DNA of 64,000 bases. It comes from Octopus bimaculoides (Eukaryota). The stretch is taken from positions 15,464,030-15,528,029 of the forward strand of contig NC_068987.1 of NCBI RefSeq assembly GCF_001194135.2, given 5' to 3'. The position numbers were made by a program, and so were the translations under genes. Shown here piece after piece: positions 40,896-55,256 of the stretch (position 1 is its first letter; each line of letters starts with the position of its first letter). The notes under the pieces are model-generated. The model searched no databases and had not been told where the DNA came from. It worked only from the letters and a program-made list of their open reading frames with translations.

Positions 40896-41880
40896 GCATT
40901 ATATATGTATGTATACTTTATTTGTGTATTAAGACTACCATAGGTTTCAGGTTAAGAAATATCTCAGCAATTTTTCTGTGTAATCGGCTTGAAAAATTGT
41001 TGGGATATTTCTTAACATAAAACCAATGGTAACCTTAATATGCAAATAAAGACTCTTTATCTACCAATGCAGCATCAAGCACTCATTCTCATTGTTTGAT
41101 ATTTGCATACACACACACACACACACATACTACTACTGGTTCATTCCTAACTCTTTTCTAAATGTGAGTAGAGCCATGTAGCCCTACCTACAATAAAGAC
41201 CCACTCTACCCACCTGCCTCTATCATACCTTAACCTTCTTCTGTGTGCATAAAGCCCCTCCCCTTGGTTTTCTTAGGTTTACAAGTTGCATGCCAACCTC
41301 ACTAGTGCTAGTGGCATGAGAAAGGCACCCAGTGGACTCTGTAAAGTGGTTGGCATTACGAAGGGCATCCAGGCATAGAAACCATGCTAAAGCAGACACT
41401 AGAACATGATGTAATCTTTTGACCCATCAGATCCTGTTGAATCGTCTAACCCATGCTGGTATGGAACATGGACATTACATGATGACGATGACAATGGTAC
41501 ATATTGGAACATGATTGTGCACCTTTGATAATACGTCTGCCAGATCAGATCTAAACAACAGCAACAGAAACTATGAATTTGTTTACAAACAAAGTCAACT
41601 AAAATTTTAAGAAAAGCAGCAGGAATTGTGTAAACAACTCTTAAAGTATCAAAGTAAAATAATTAATTATTTATTGGAGAATGATGAACTCTAGCATTGA
41701 TTTTGTCATATAGATGTTCCAATCATTTGATTGATGAAACTATCTAACTGTCTACTTATTGAACTATGTTTTAAGTAGTTTGTATTCTGGAGACACTTGT
41801 ACCAAGAATGTACTTACATGTTGCGCGTGTGTGTGTCCATGTGTGTGTGTGTGTGTGCATGTGTAAAGATGATGATGATG

Positions 41881-41983
<103 letters not shown>

Positions 41984-42073
41984 TATATACATATACATTT
42001 ATGTACATATATATGTGGGTGTGTGCATGTATGCATATATCATCAGAGGACATTAAAACGATATATATGTATA

Positions 42074-42106
<33 letters not shown>

Positions 42107-42193
42107 TTTCATGTGTGTATATGTAATCTTATGTATACATATATACCTACCTACACCATATGTAAAATTGCAAATAATTATAAATAAAAACTT

Positions 42194-42231
<38 letters not shown>

Positions 42232-44600
42232 ATACATACATCAGTAAACACTGGTGTGTAAGATAATACATGTTATGTGTGTATGTGTAAAACCTCATAT
42301 AGACACATATCCATAGGCATGTGCACACAGTCTCACACACACACACACACGCACACACAGGCACATGGTATTGAGATGAATGCAGGACGATAGATATAAA
42401 AAAAAATAGAGAGGCATAGAGACTGCCAATGCCTTCCTATTTCCCTTCTAATGGCAGCAACAACCAACAGATGATGGTATCTTGCTAGTTTTAAAATATG
42501 CATTGTGCAGCAAATGTCATTATCATGTGACTGTTTGATGATAATGATAATGAAAACGATGATGATAATAACAACAACAACAACAACAAACAAACAAACA
42601 ACAGTAACTAAGGATTGTTCAAGCAGTTCTAAATTAGACATTTCATTTCGGACAAAAATACCTCCTCTTATAAAATGACTTCAAATTTTTAACCAGATTA
42701 TAATACATGACATTCAAATTAATTAGTCGATTGTTTGTATTTGATTTTTTTGTTTTTTTTTTGTTTTTGTTTTCTGATTTTNNNNNNNNNNNNNNNNNNN
42801 NNNNNNNNNNNNNNNNNNNNNNNNNNNNNNNNNNNNNNNNNNNNNNNNNNNNNNNNNNNNNNNNNNNNNNNNNNNNNNNNNNNNNNNNNNNNNNNNNNNN
42901 NNNNNNNNNNNNNNNNNNNNNNNNNNNNNNNNNNNNNNNNNNNNNNNNNNNNNNNNNNNNNNNNNNNNNNNNNNNNNNNNNNNNNNNNNNNNNNNNNNNN
43001 NNNNNNNNNNNNNNNNNNNNNNNNNNNNNNNNNNNNNNNNNNNNNNNNNNNNNNNNNNNNNNNNNNNNNNNNNNNNNNNNNNNNNNNNNNNNNNNNNNNN
43101 NNNNNNNNNNNNNNNNNNNNNNNNNNNNNNNNNNNNNNNNNNNNNNNNNNNNNNNNNNNNNNNNNNNNNNNNNNNNNNNNNNNNNNNNNNNNNNNNNNNN
43201 NNNNNNNNNNNNNNNNNNNNNNNNNNNNNNNNNNNNNNNNNNNNNNNNNNNNNNNNNNNNNNNNNNNNNNNNNNNNNNNNNNNNNNNNNNNNNNNNNNNN
43301 NNNNNNNNNNNNNNNNNNNNNNNNNNNNNNNNNNNNNNNNNNNNNNNNNNNNNNNNNNNNNNNNNNNNNNNNNNNNNNNNNNNNNNNNNNNNNNNNNNNN
43401 NNNNNNNNNNNNNNNNNNNNNNNNNNNNNNNNNNNNNNNNNNNNNNNNNNNNNNNNNNNNNNNNNNNNNNNNNNNNNNNNNNNNNNNNNNNNNNNNNNNN
43501 NNNNNNNNNNNNNNNNNNNNNNNNNNNNNNNNNNNNNNNNNNNNNNNNNNNNNNNNNNNNNNNNNNNNNNNNNNNNNNNNNNNNNNNNNNNNNNNNNNNN
43601 NNNNNNNNNNNNNNNNNNGTACCAGTCATAAACTGGGGACAGGATTTCTTATTCTTTGAAAATCCTCCTTCCTTCATCATCATTTTAACATCCATTTTTC
43701 TATGCTCGCATCAGTCGGACAGAATTTGTAGAGGCAGGTTTTTTTTTGTTTTTTTTTACAACTGGATGCTCTTCTTGTCACCAACCCTCACCTCTTTTGA
43801 TGTTTGGTAATATTTCTTCATGACTAGACGAGTTTTCAAGGAAAATTGGAAACAAAGGGTACTACTTGCATGGCAACAATACTCGTTTATGATTATCGCT
43901 CAAATTCAAAGCAAAGAAACAATAACGCAAGCACAAACACACACATGCATGCACACACACACACACACATACACAAAAGGAGGATTCTCAAAGAATTAGA
44001 AAACTGCAGACATGCATATATATGTGTGTGTGTTCATGCACATGTGTGTCATCANNNNNNNNNNCTCATGATCATTAGATCATGAGTTCAATTCCTTGTC
44101 ATGCATTATATCCTTAAGCAAGACACTTTATTTTACATTGCTCTAGTCTACTCAGATGAGAAAAATGAGTTATACCTGTAATTCAAAGGGCCAGCCTGAA
44201 ACATTCTGTATCATGCTGAATCTCCCTGAGACCTGCATTAAGGATACACATTAATTTCACAAGCAGGCTGTTCCATCGATCAAATCAACAGGAGCACTCA
44301 TCATAACCAATGGAGTACCAGCTATACACACATGCAAAAGGATAAAAGTATAAACAGGCAAAGTTACTGGTATGATATTAGTGACATGATATTACTTGAA
44401 TTGTGTGTATGTGCATGTACATACACACATACATGTGTGTGTGAAAATACACATACACACATACTCAAGAACACACACACACACACACACACACATGTAT
44501 ATATATTGTATGCATTGAGCAATAAATGTCATTGTCATGTGATTATTTGATGATAATGATAATAAGAAGAATCTCTTTTTATTTTTCTCTCCTTTACCAG

Positions 44601-44697
44601 GTCCATTTTGTTCGGCCCTCCTGGCAATAGTAAAACTCCTATGTTGTTCCTAGTGACAAGTGTTCTTTTTTGGGGATACCCGATGTATGTGTTCAAG
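44601..44697 (+). CDS. Next coding exon of the same gene; linker and first transmembrane helix
   Basis: tctctcctttaccag| acceptor; AAG|gtaaga donor. 97 nt = 1 + 32 codons, completing the split TG|G Trp and reading (W)SILFGPPGNSKTPMLFLVTSVLFWGYPMYVFK. Phase matches the previous exon. Confidence 0.88.
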
Positions 44698-44708
44698 GTA
44701 AGAACTCA

Positions 44709-44739
<31 letters not shown>

Positions 44740-44894
44740 CATTATTATTATTATTATTATTATTATTAGTCAAGACGAAGAGTGCGATTTTAGATGTTTT
44801 ATTTTTTTAACAATATTTCGACAGAACGTCTGTCTTTCTCGAGTTCAAACCAAAAGGTGATTGAAAATTCAATCCTTTTTTTAAAAAATAAAAA

Positions 44895-45037
<143 letters not shown>

Positions 45038-47267
45038 TAAGGTCTCAGAGTGATGAGATCTTAAAATTCAAGGGAATACTGAGTTTTTTTATTTGTTTTT
45101 TTTTTGTTTTTTTTAGTGGGGTTGTTTTGTTTTTGGTTTTGTTTTTTTAGAAAAGAGCCCATCTGATATTCATGGGACTCTCGTTAGCTCCTTAGACAAC
45201 AAAACCAATGTACCAGCTGAATAACTCCTCTTATAGGTCCTGTAGGTAGGTAGAGAAGACCAGAAGTGGAAGAATTTCAGAGAGTCATTACCTCTTGCCA
45301 CCAAAGGGATTCTCATTTCATGCAAAGAGCAGATTAAGGTCAACAGGTTCAATTGCCATGTGGGTTGAAACATGTAGCATTGGGGTCCATGCCCTTCTAC
45401 AGTCCAATACAGACCATCGCCAGTTTACTACTCGTATTCTGAATTTTACTCAGTGTGAAATACATAGAAAGACTCAGGTGGTGCATGGTGGTGAGACATG
45501 AATCATAGACTGAAGACTATGAATGAATGGATGCATTATGCTAAGCTTGCATGGATGTTTGTACAGCACAAGAGAATTACGGTAGTGCCTGAGCATTGGG
45601 GGCATCAGCTGATGGTAATTGCAGAGCTGTTGCTGCTTATTCCCAGGTCAACAATGACCAAGCAGATCCATGCTCAGGGATCTTCCGCTTGTGACCATAC
45701 CATATTTTATTTGGTGTGTTCAGGATTGCATTATATAATTTTTTTCCCCTCTTCAGAACAGCAGGGTGTGATTTGAGGGATATTTGGCTGCCATTTCCTA
45801 GATCAAGCAGCCATGTAAAGGCTCCCTCATTGGCCAGCTTTGTTGCTGAACTGCATGTTAGCTTCAATGAATAGACCTGTAGTCAAAGATATACCAGCTG
45901 TGGCCATTATGTCTTTGTATATCTAGGACTACATTATTCAATGTGTTGTTGTTATTGTTATTCAGCCTTTGGTCAACATTAATTAACCCTTTTGACACTA
46001 CTCTGCCTGAAACTGTCCCTGTTTTAAAATTACCTTAATTAAAACCTTCCATCAAAATTCCTTAATAATGGTTTCAAATTTTGGCACGGGGACAGCAGGT
46101 TTCTTTTTCTTTTATTTTTTTGTTTTGTTTATTTGAAGGGAGGGGGAAGTCAAATACATCAATCCCAGTACTTGACTCCACAAAAGTAAAGTTCCTTCCT
46201 GAGTCATACAGACTCATAGGGCTGGTTTCCGTGACATATATATTCCTCACCTGGACAGAACTCTGGCCCGTTGCAGGATTAATCATTTTTGCCAGCTGAG
46301 CGGACTGGAGCAACGTGAAATAAAGTGTTTTGTTCAAGAGTATAACTCATCACCCAGTCAAGGAATCAAAACCACAATCTTACAATCACGAATCCAACAC
46401 CCTAACCACTAAGCCATGCACCTCCAATCCAGGAATCGAACCTACAGCTTTAGAATCATGAGCCCAACAGTCTACTCTATTGCAGAGATATAGCTGATAT
46501 TTATTTCTAGCAGATGGTGGTTGATAATTGGTGGTGTATTTATCTTACATAAAACTATTAATATTTCATATTCAATCTTGCCATCTCGTTTCATTTATTG
46601 CTCCAGTATATTTTCCTTCTCTTAAAATTTAATATCCTCTATTGTGTAATCTTTTTCTCTTGTTAGTTTAATCTTTTGATAGAGGACATGTCTTTTTGTC
46701 TGTTGCACTTGTGACACTGTATGTAGCCTTGGAAACATTTTTACTACTGGCAAACCCTCGATGTTGACTAGCTGCATTAACTAAAATATATATCAATGCA
46801 CAAACAACATATGTGCACACACATATACATAAATATGCTCATACATAGATATGCACGTACATACATACATACATACATAGTCTCACCCCTGCAAGTACTG
46901 AAAAGTAGTCATTAACATGTTGCTGCTGCTGCTGTTGATGAGGATGCGTGTGTATAGATAGATATTTGTGTGTGTGTGTGTGTGTTTACACACATATCGA
47001 TGTGTTGCCTTTTTTATGTTGACTCATTAATGAAACAATCAAACATTAACTGAAGGAGCACTCAATACCTTTATGCAGAGTATAAAATTTATTTTTACAA
47101 GGAAAATTAATGACTCTGTGTGTGTGTGTGCGTGTGCGCGCGCGTGCTCATATACATATACTATCATCTGCTTCATGGATCTGTTTTCCATGATGGTATG
47201 CATAGGACTTATGGCATCATATATATACACATACATTTCATCATCATCATCATATACATATATACAT

Positions 47268-47318
<51 letters not shown>

Positions 47319-48861
47319 AATATATATATATATTATTTATATTATTATATGACTGAATGCTACACATCCTCTTTCAAGTAAGTTTTATCTTAATAATTCT
47401 GATGCGCACTCTATATGATCTTTTTACTCTTTTGTTTTTCTCTCTTATTCTTTTACTTCCTATTTTCCCTCTATTCTATCCTATTACTCTGTCACTCTCT
47501 CTCCCTCACTCCTCCTCCCTTGCTCACATGGTTCTCACGTGACCATTGGCCATTTTTCTTTCTTTCTCTCCGTTGTTTCTAGAACAAGGAAAATATGTTC
47601 TTGCAAAATTACAATTTCCCTCTCCCTCTCTTTCTCTTGGGCTTTCAGAATATCTACATATCAACTTATTCTTGAATTGTGTTGAACAGCAATTAGAAGT
47701 ATGCTTTGCAATAGCATTATCTGTAAACATTATCTACAGACATTCATTGTACTGTTTATTATAATAATTATCATTAAGGCGGCAATTAACAAAATCCTTA
47801 GAGCATTGGACTGAACGCTTCGTAGTTTTTGTTCCAAATGTCTGCCTACCTAAGAATAAAGTACCAGTACTGGGTGGCAGATTGGTGGAATTGTTCATGC
47901 ATTTGGATGGTATGCCTTATGGTAACTGTTCCAGCTGGATACATTCTATATTCAAATCCCGTCTTCCATCACTGGACCAAAAAAGAAAATAATATTGAAA
48001 AAATAACAGTAACTCATTTGTTGGGATGCGCAACTGATGGATAAATTGGAAAAAAAGTTGTGTTTGGACTATATTCTTGGATAGTAGATTTAATTTACCA
48101 TTTGGTTTAACTCTTCAGTATTCAAACCAGCCATATCCAGCCAGAATATTCTACCTGTTTTATGTCCAATCAAACTAGATCAGGCCTCTCACACCTACCC
48201 TACAATGTCACACTAAAAATAAACAGTTGCATCATTGATATCTCAAAGCAACAAGATAATGTTTAATTAATTCAGAACGATGTGAATAAATAAGGATTAC
48301 ATTTGACAAAGAAATCTGAACACTAAAGGGTTAACATCCCTACCTAGCCCTTGGATGCAAAACACTCATACAAATAGTCTAGATTGTTCAAGGTGCTATG
48401 CAGTGGGACTGAGCCAGGAACCATGTGGTTGGGAAGCAAATTTCTTATCACACAGCCACGCCTATAATTCATGGATGATGTCCGCCTTTTTCTCCTATAA
48501 ATAATAGTTTGTTTTGTTTTCTTCAGTTTTTTTTTTTTAAAGATAAATAAAAGCTGGTGTCTTTGTTACTTCTGGAAAACTTTAACTACTCCGTGATTTT
48601 GTGATGAAACTTTTATATCTTTTGCCATTAATACACAAAAATCTGTTTTGTTACTATCTTTAGCTTAAAACAGATATGATGTGTTTGATGTTATCAATGT
48701 TAGATTTTATATTAATGCTTACACACACTATCTTTATACATACATACAAACATAACACACATACACGTGTACGTGTATATTTGTATATCTATATATACAT
48801 ATGCATACTTATATATATGTGTACTCACACATGTTTATGTATATATTCATACATGCATACA

Positions 48862-48930
<69 letters not shown>

Positions 48931-49437
48931 ATGTGTATATATATGTGTGTGTGTGTGATAGACATATACAACATATAGATATATATATATATACATATAT
49001 NNNNNNNNNNNNNNNNNNNNNNNNNNNNNNNNNNNNNNNNNNNNNNNNNNNNNNNNNNNNNNNNNNNNNNNNNNNNNNNNNNNNNNNNNNNNNNNNNNNN
49101 NNNNNNNNNNNNNTATAATCTTTGTGCTGAAGAATTTCCCTCTTCCTCTTCTTTTTTTTTTTCCTCTACTTTTTTTTTTTTTCTTCGCTTCATCTTCTTT
49201 AATCTAATGTAAAATTAAAGCTTTTGAAATGAAAATAATTTTCACAGTCTAGCTGCATCTCTGGAGATGTGTTAGACACTGGACATGCTGTCTAGGTAAT
49301 TTATGGTGCAATATTCAGTTCAGCGACTCTTTGTTCTGAATTGTAGTCTTGTTCAGGTCATGCTTAATATTGACATTCATTGCTCTGGGATGTATAAGTA
49401 TCGATAATACACTGGCAATCATTCAATCATTTACATT

Positions 49438-49690
49438 GTTGTTGTTGTTTAACCCCAGGTCAGCCCTGACCAGGCAGACCTATGATCAAAGTTTTTCCAG
49501 CTGCAGCCATCTAATCTTATATTCAGATAATGTATCCAAGACTATATTATCCAATGTGTTCATCCAATTATGTTTGTCTTTTTTCATGTTTTTACTTATT
49601 TTGGAAGGGTTTTTGTTTTTTTGTTTTTTTTTTGTGAGATGTTGTGGGGTTGGAGGAGAATTGTTTTTCCTATTTAGCCGAGCATCCACA
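49438..49690 (-). mobile_element. Dispersed SINE-like repeat with a (CAA)n tail; representative copy
   Basis: gttgttgtttaaccccaggtcagccctga..gacctatgatcaaag..gatttggctgctatttctagc motifs recur at ~600-850, 1610-1810, 2670-2870, 3420-3650, 45740-45980, 51230-51460 and 56750-56960, in both orientations. Confidence 0.65.
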
Positions 49691-50157
49691 TTTCACAAGT
49701 GACTGTGCATGGTCTAGTGAATAGGACGTTGCACTCACAATCTCAAGATTTGTGGTTTCGATTCATGGATTGGGTGGCACTTTGTCTTCTTGAGCAAAAC
49801 ACTTCATTTCGTGCTGCTCCATTTCACTCAGCTGTAAACGAGGAGCCCTACCACAGACTGGCATCCCATTTAAGAGTAACATTGTGATAGTGGTACTGAT
49901 GGTGGTGGTAGTGGTGGTGGTGGAGGGGTATTGCTGGTGGTGCTATGGAAACCGAATAATCAACCCTGTAATGTCCAGTCATTGATGACAGTGGTGGTGG
50001 TGGTGGTGGTGGTGGTCGTCGTCGTTGTCGTGGTAGGGTGGTGATGGTGGTGGTGGTAGGGATGACCACCACCACCATCAAAGCCTGAGCCAATCAAAGC
50101 TGTTTGAGTGGATTTGGTCAACAGAAATTGAAACAAACTTGTATATACATGTATGTA

Positions 50158-50239
<82 letters not shown>

Positions 50240-50544
50240 TGTGAGAGAGTTGGTATGTGAAAGCACGTGGTTGGATGTATAAAAGACAAAATAAAGTTAA
50301 AAAACTACAGAAGGCTTGTGTTATGTTTAAAGAATATATTTAAATCCTTATGTTAAAAAAATGTTATAAAATTTTGTGTAAAGTAACAACACTTTTGGAG
50401 AAATAACCGGTTTCATATTTTCTTTTCAAATTTCTCAAATTTCCTTACCGATATTGCGTCATCTCTTCACTATATATATAGTAAGTAAAGATAAGCAACG
50501 TTTTGAAATATGAAATTCATCACAAAATATTTCAGCAATGCAAA

Positions 50545-51170
50545 AATTTTATTGATCAAAGTAAATACCATTACAATCAACACATTTTTTCCGAGTTAAA
50601 AATTTGTTTGTTCTGGTAACATAAAAATCTGGAATTTTGCAACTGATCAACTCTTTGAATGCGCTTTCAGCATTGGTTTGATTTTTGAACTCCTTCTCTC
50701 GCAGGAAACCATCAAAGTGCTTGAAAAAGTGGTAGTCGGTAGGAGAAAGGTCTGGGAAATATGCTGGGCGGGGAAGAACTTTGGAGCATCATTAGTGAAA
50801 CATGTTGTCATGAAGAATGATCGGCCCTCTTCTGTTGACCAGTCTGGGACAGAGGAGTAGCAGTTTTCATTCATTTTGGCAATTTCATGGCAATATGTTT
50901 CAGCAGTAATGCTTTTTCTGGGTTTTAAGAAGCTATAGTGGATGAGTCCACTATAACGGTCACCCTAACCTTCTTTTTGAAGAGCTTGGGTTTAGGAAAG
51001 GTTTCCGGTGCTTCACTTTGGTCCAATGTCTTTGTATTGCAAGTTACAATATGGTTGAGAAGTTGATCTGTCTTGTTACGGAGAAGAAACGACAAGCAAA
51101 TTTCATATATGCACATTTTCTGATTTTCATTCAAATCGTATTGACACAGATACACATACACACACATTTT
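50545..51170 (-). mobile_element. Decayed mariner transposase, Hsmar1/cecropia-like, internally deleted
   Basis: The reverse strand gives LLRNKTDQLLNHIVTC, EAPETFPKPKLFKKKVRVTV, PAYFPDLSPTDYHFFKHFDGFLREKEFKNQTNAESAFKELI and KKCVDCNGIYFD*. These match the YSPDL motif region and C-terminus of mariner transposases. Confidence 0.85.
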
Positions 51171-51883
51171 CCACAACCGTCTGCAACAAAGGACCCTCTA
51201 TGTGGTTACTCGACCCGCTAGAAATAACACCACAACCTACCCACCCACCCAATCACACCCAAGCATCTTAAAGAAGGAAGGACACCCTGGATAATATACT
51301 CCTTGATATATTACACCCAAAAGAAAGACAGGATGGTCACAGCTGGAACACCTTTGATCATAAGTTTGCCTAACTGGAGCAAAACAATGATAACAAAACC
51401 TCAAACTACTGAGGGAGTCCCTACGCATTTGCACAGTAAGCTAGAAATAACAGCCAAATCTTCCTAAAACTTCATTTGTAGTTCACAAACAGGTTTTGGT
51501 TCTCAGTCATAGACACTCTGCTCCAATTACTATCTTTATTGTTGTTAGGTGAAGGCATAATTGTCACACAATCTCATTTCTGCCATATCAGTCTGAGGTT
51601 TTGTGCCTTTGTAAAGAAACACTAAAGGAACACGCAGCATGCACACACACTCTCTCTTATCACACACTAAACACACGCACTCTTCCTTAATAGACATAAA
51701 TACACACGCACACGCACACACACACACACACACACTCTCTCACACTGCACCATCTCTCTCTCTCTCTCTCATAAATACACATGCGTTCTCACACACAATC
51801 ATACAATAATATGTTTTAATATGTTTTAGTTGCACATATATGTATATATGCATGTTTATATCTATAAGCATATACACACATGC

Positions 51884-51943
<60 letters not shown>

Positions 51944-52206
51944 CATCAGTAAATCATAAATCCAAAAGAGAAATATATATGTATGTATGTGTGTGTGTAT
52001 ATATATATATGTACATGTATGTATTTATATGGGTGTATACACACACACACATATGTATACACATACACATATACATATATATACACATACACATATACAT
52101 ACATATATACATATACATATNNNNNNNNNNCACATATACATATACATACATACATATATATACGTATATATACATACATATTCATACATATACATATATA
52201 CATACA

Positions 52207-52258
<52 letters not shown>

Positions 52259-52479
52259 CAAACACATAAATGTCTTTAAAAGATACTGTAAGAGGAAGGG
52301 AGGTGGGGAGATGATGGAGATTGTAAAAGAAAAATAATAAATAAAAGACAACACTCAATGTTGTCCTGTTTGGTTCATTAGCAAGGTTATTAAGGTTTTT
52401 CTGCTCTTTTCTATAATCCTGTTATCTCTTCATTAGGTAATGCAGCTATAATCTTGATGACTTCTCTTTTCATTGGCAA

Positions 52480-53110
52480 TTCATCTCTTTTCTTCTTCCC
52501 TTTCATTTTCTTCTTCTTCTTCTTCATCATTTCCTTCTGTTTTTATTTTTGTTTTTTTCGTTTTCTTCATCTCTTTCTTCTTGTTTTCTTTTCGTTTTTT
52601 CTTTGTTGTTTTCAGATTTTTCTCTTTTTTTTTTCTTTTTCTTTTTCTATTCCATGTCTTCTCCTTTGTTTCTTTCTCTTTCCCCACTTTTTCCTTCCTT
52701 TTCTTTCCTCTTCTTTTCCCTCATTCTCTCCCCTTTCCTTCTTTTTTTCTTCTTCTTCCTCCTCTTCTTTCTCTTCTCCATACTTTTTTTTTTTTTTTTT
52801 TTCTTGTCTTTGAACTCTTTTGTCCCTCATTTCTTCTCCTTCTTTTTCTTCTTCTTCTTCTTCTTCATCTTCTTCTTCTCCTTCTCCTTCTTCTCTTTCT
52901 TCTTCTTCTTCTTCTTTTTCTTCTTCTTCTTCTCCCCCTTCTTCTTCTTCTTCATCTTCTTCTTCTTTTTCTTCATCTTCTTCTTCTTCTTCTTCTTCAT
53001 CTTCTTCTTCTTCTTCCCCTTCTTCTTCCCCTTCTTCTTCCCCTTCTTCTCCTTCCTCTTCTTCTTTTTCTTCTCCTCCCCCTCCTCCTCCTTCTTCTTC
53101 TTCTTCTAAC
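52480..53110. repeat. (CTT)n-rich polypyrimidine tract; similar tracts at 16590-17115, 26930-27370 and 32430-32500
   Basis: Direct reading; explains the poly-Glu/Phe/Ser/Leu ORFs. Confidence 0.9.
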
Positions 53111-54682
53111 CAGACCAGAGCCTTCCAATCCACAGCTCTAACTTAGTGTCACAGCATGTGTTCAATTGAATTGCTAATCAATAATTCACCCCACCCCACC
53201 CCATTCATCAATAAATGTTGTCATTCTTGTTGTGGTTGTTGTTGTTGTTAAGGGTATATGTGGCATGTGTGTATATGCAATTTTTTTGTTCTGCTATTTG
53301 TTACTTTTTGTTTTACAAACTCAATCCATTTTTGTTTTTTGTTGTTTTTTTCTTTTTTGATTGCTCACTTTTATCTGTCTCTCATTATCTCTGGTTTCAC
53401 CACCACCACCACCACCACTACCACCACCACCACCACCACTACCACCACCANNNNNNNNNNNNNNNNNNNNNNNNNNNNNNNNNNNNNNNNNNNNNNNNNN
53501 NNNNNNNNNNNNNNNNNNNNNNNNNNNNNNNNNNNNNNNNNNNNNNNNNNNNNNNNNNNNNNNNNNNNNNNNNNNNNNNNNNNNNNNNNNNNNNNNNNNN
53601 NNNNNNNNNNNNNNNNNNNNNNNNNNNNNNNNNNNNNNNNNNNNNNNNNNNNNNNNNNNNNNNNNNNNNNNNNNNACCGCCAATACCACCACCGCCATAC
53701 CACCACCGCCAATACCACCATCACCACTACCAATACCACACCACCATCGCCAATACCACCACCACCATCCAAAACCATCACCAGTGCCACCACCACCACC
53801 ATCACCAGTGCCACCACTGCCAATACATCATTATCATTGTTCTCTAACAAAAGGAGGTTCTAAGTGATTACTCATTCTGCTAGAAATAGTAACCAAATCT
53901 TCCTTATCCCTTTAGCATTCAGATCACTCTGGTCAAACCTAATGCTTATTTATTCACAGTGTTTTGAATTAATCCTGGATCATCTCATAGCTTTGAGATT
54001 TCAGTGTTTTCTTTATCTTTTATCATTCATTCACTTGTTTTAAGTCATTTCACTGCGACCATGCTGGGGCACTGCCTTGCAGGGTTTTAGTCAATCTTGT
54101 CCCCCAGTACTCATTTCTTCAAAGTCTGGTATTTATTCTGTCAATCACCTATGTAAGAGGATGTAACCAAACCAACACCGGTCGTCAAGTGGTGGTGGGT
54201 GGCAAACACAAAGACATGCACATGCACACACATACACACACATAAATATATGACTGACTTCCTTCAGTTTCCGTCTACCTTTCCCAAGGCGCCACACAGT
54301 GACATTGAACCCAGAACCATGTGATTGGAAAGCAAACCAACTTACCACACAACCACCCTTGTGCCTGTTTGTTTATTTTTAGAATAACATTGTAGGGTTG
54401 GTGTAAGAGGCCAGAGCAGGCCAGTTTCAATATAAGATAGGCAGAATATTTGGGACCAGACATGGCTGGTTTAAATGCAAAAGGATTAAATTACACCTTT
54501 TCATCATGTAAAGAGAGTAAGGCATTGGATAATGTAGTCTCAAAGAAGGACAGGGTAGTTAAGGCTGGAAAGTTTTTATCGTAAGTCTGTTGAGTCAGAA
54601 CTTACCTAGGGTTTAACAACAACAACAGCTGCACCACTACTATCACCACTACTATCACCACCACTGCCAACATCATCACTGG

Positions 54683-54734
<52 letters not shown>

Positions 54735-55044
54735 GAGTGAGAGAGCAGTGCATGCCATCAAAGTGAAACTGGGGTAAAATATACGAAGCCCAGTATACCC
54801 ATCATGACTACCCGTCTGATAAGGGTACACCAGGCACATGCATCATAACCATATGTACGCGACATGGTGATCTCATATCAAGATAAGCAGCGCATGACCC
54901 AGTTATAATTTTCTTCAGGTTGAGTAGCCCATCCTACTCAAAAGGTCCCTGAATAAAGGTTGTTTAAGGATGTCGAACGAAACACCCATATTTCCAAATG
55001 TGAATTATCCAAACCCCAAAGAATTCCTCTCAACACATGGCCGT

Positions 55045-55256
55045 TGCCAGTACCACCTGACTGGCCTTCATGCGGGTGACACGTAAAAGCACCCACTACA
55101 CTCTCTGAGTGGTTGGCATTAGGAAGGGCATCCAGCTGCAGAAACTCTGCTAAATCAGATTGGAGCCTGGTGTAGCCATCTGGTCCACCAGTCCTCAGTC
55201 AAATCGTCCAACCCATGCTAGCATGGAAAGCGGACGTTAAATGATGATGATGATGA
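55045..55256 (+). mobile_element. RTE 3' UTR-derived repeat ending in a (GAT)n tail; representative copy
   Basis: gccagtacc..actggc, aaaagcacccactacactc, ttaggaagggcatccagctg, aacccatgctagcatggaaagcggacgttaaa(tga)n. Other copies at ~6775-7112, 20420-20620, 35527-35935(-), 41300-41495, 57140-57285, 58170-58330(-) and 63790-64000. Confidence 0.85.
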
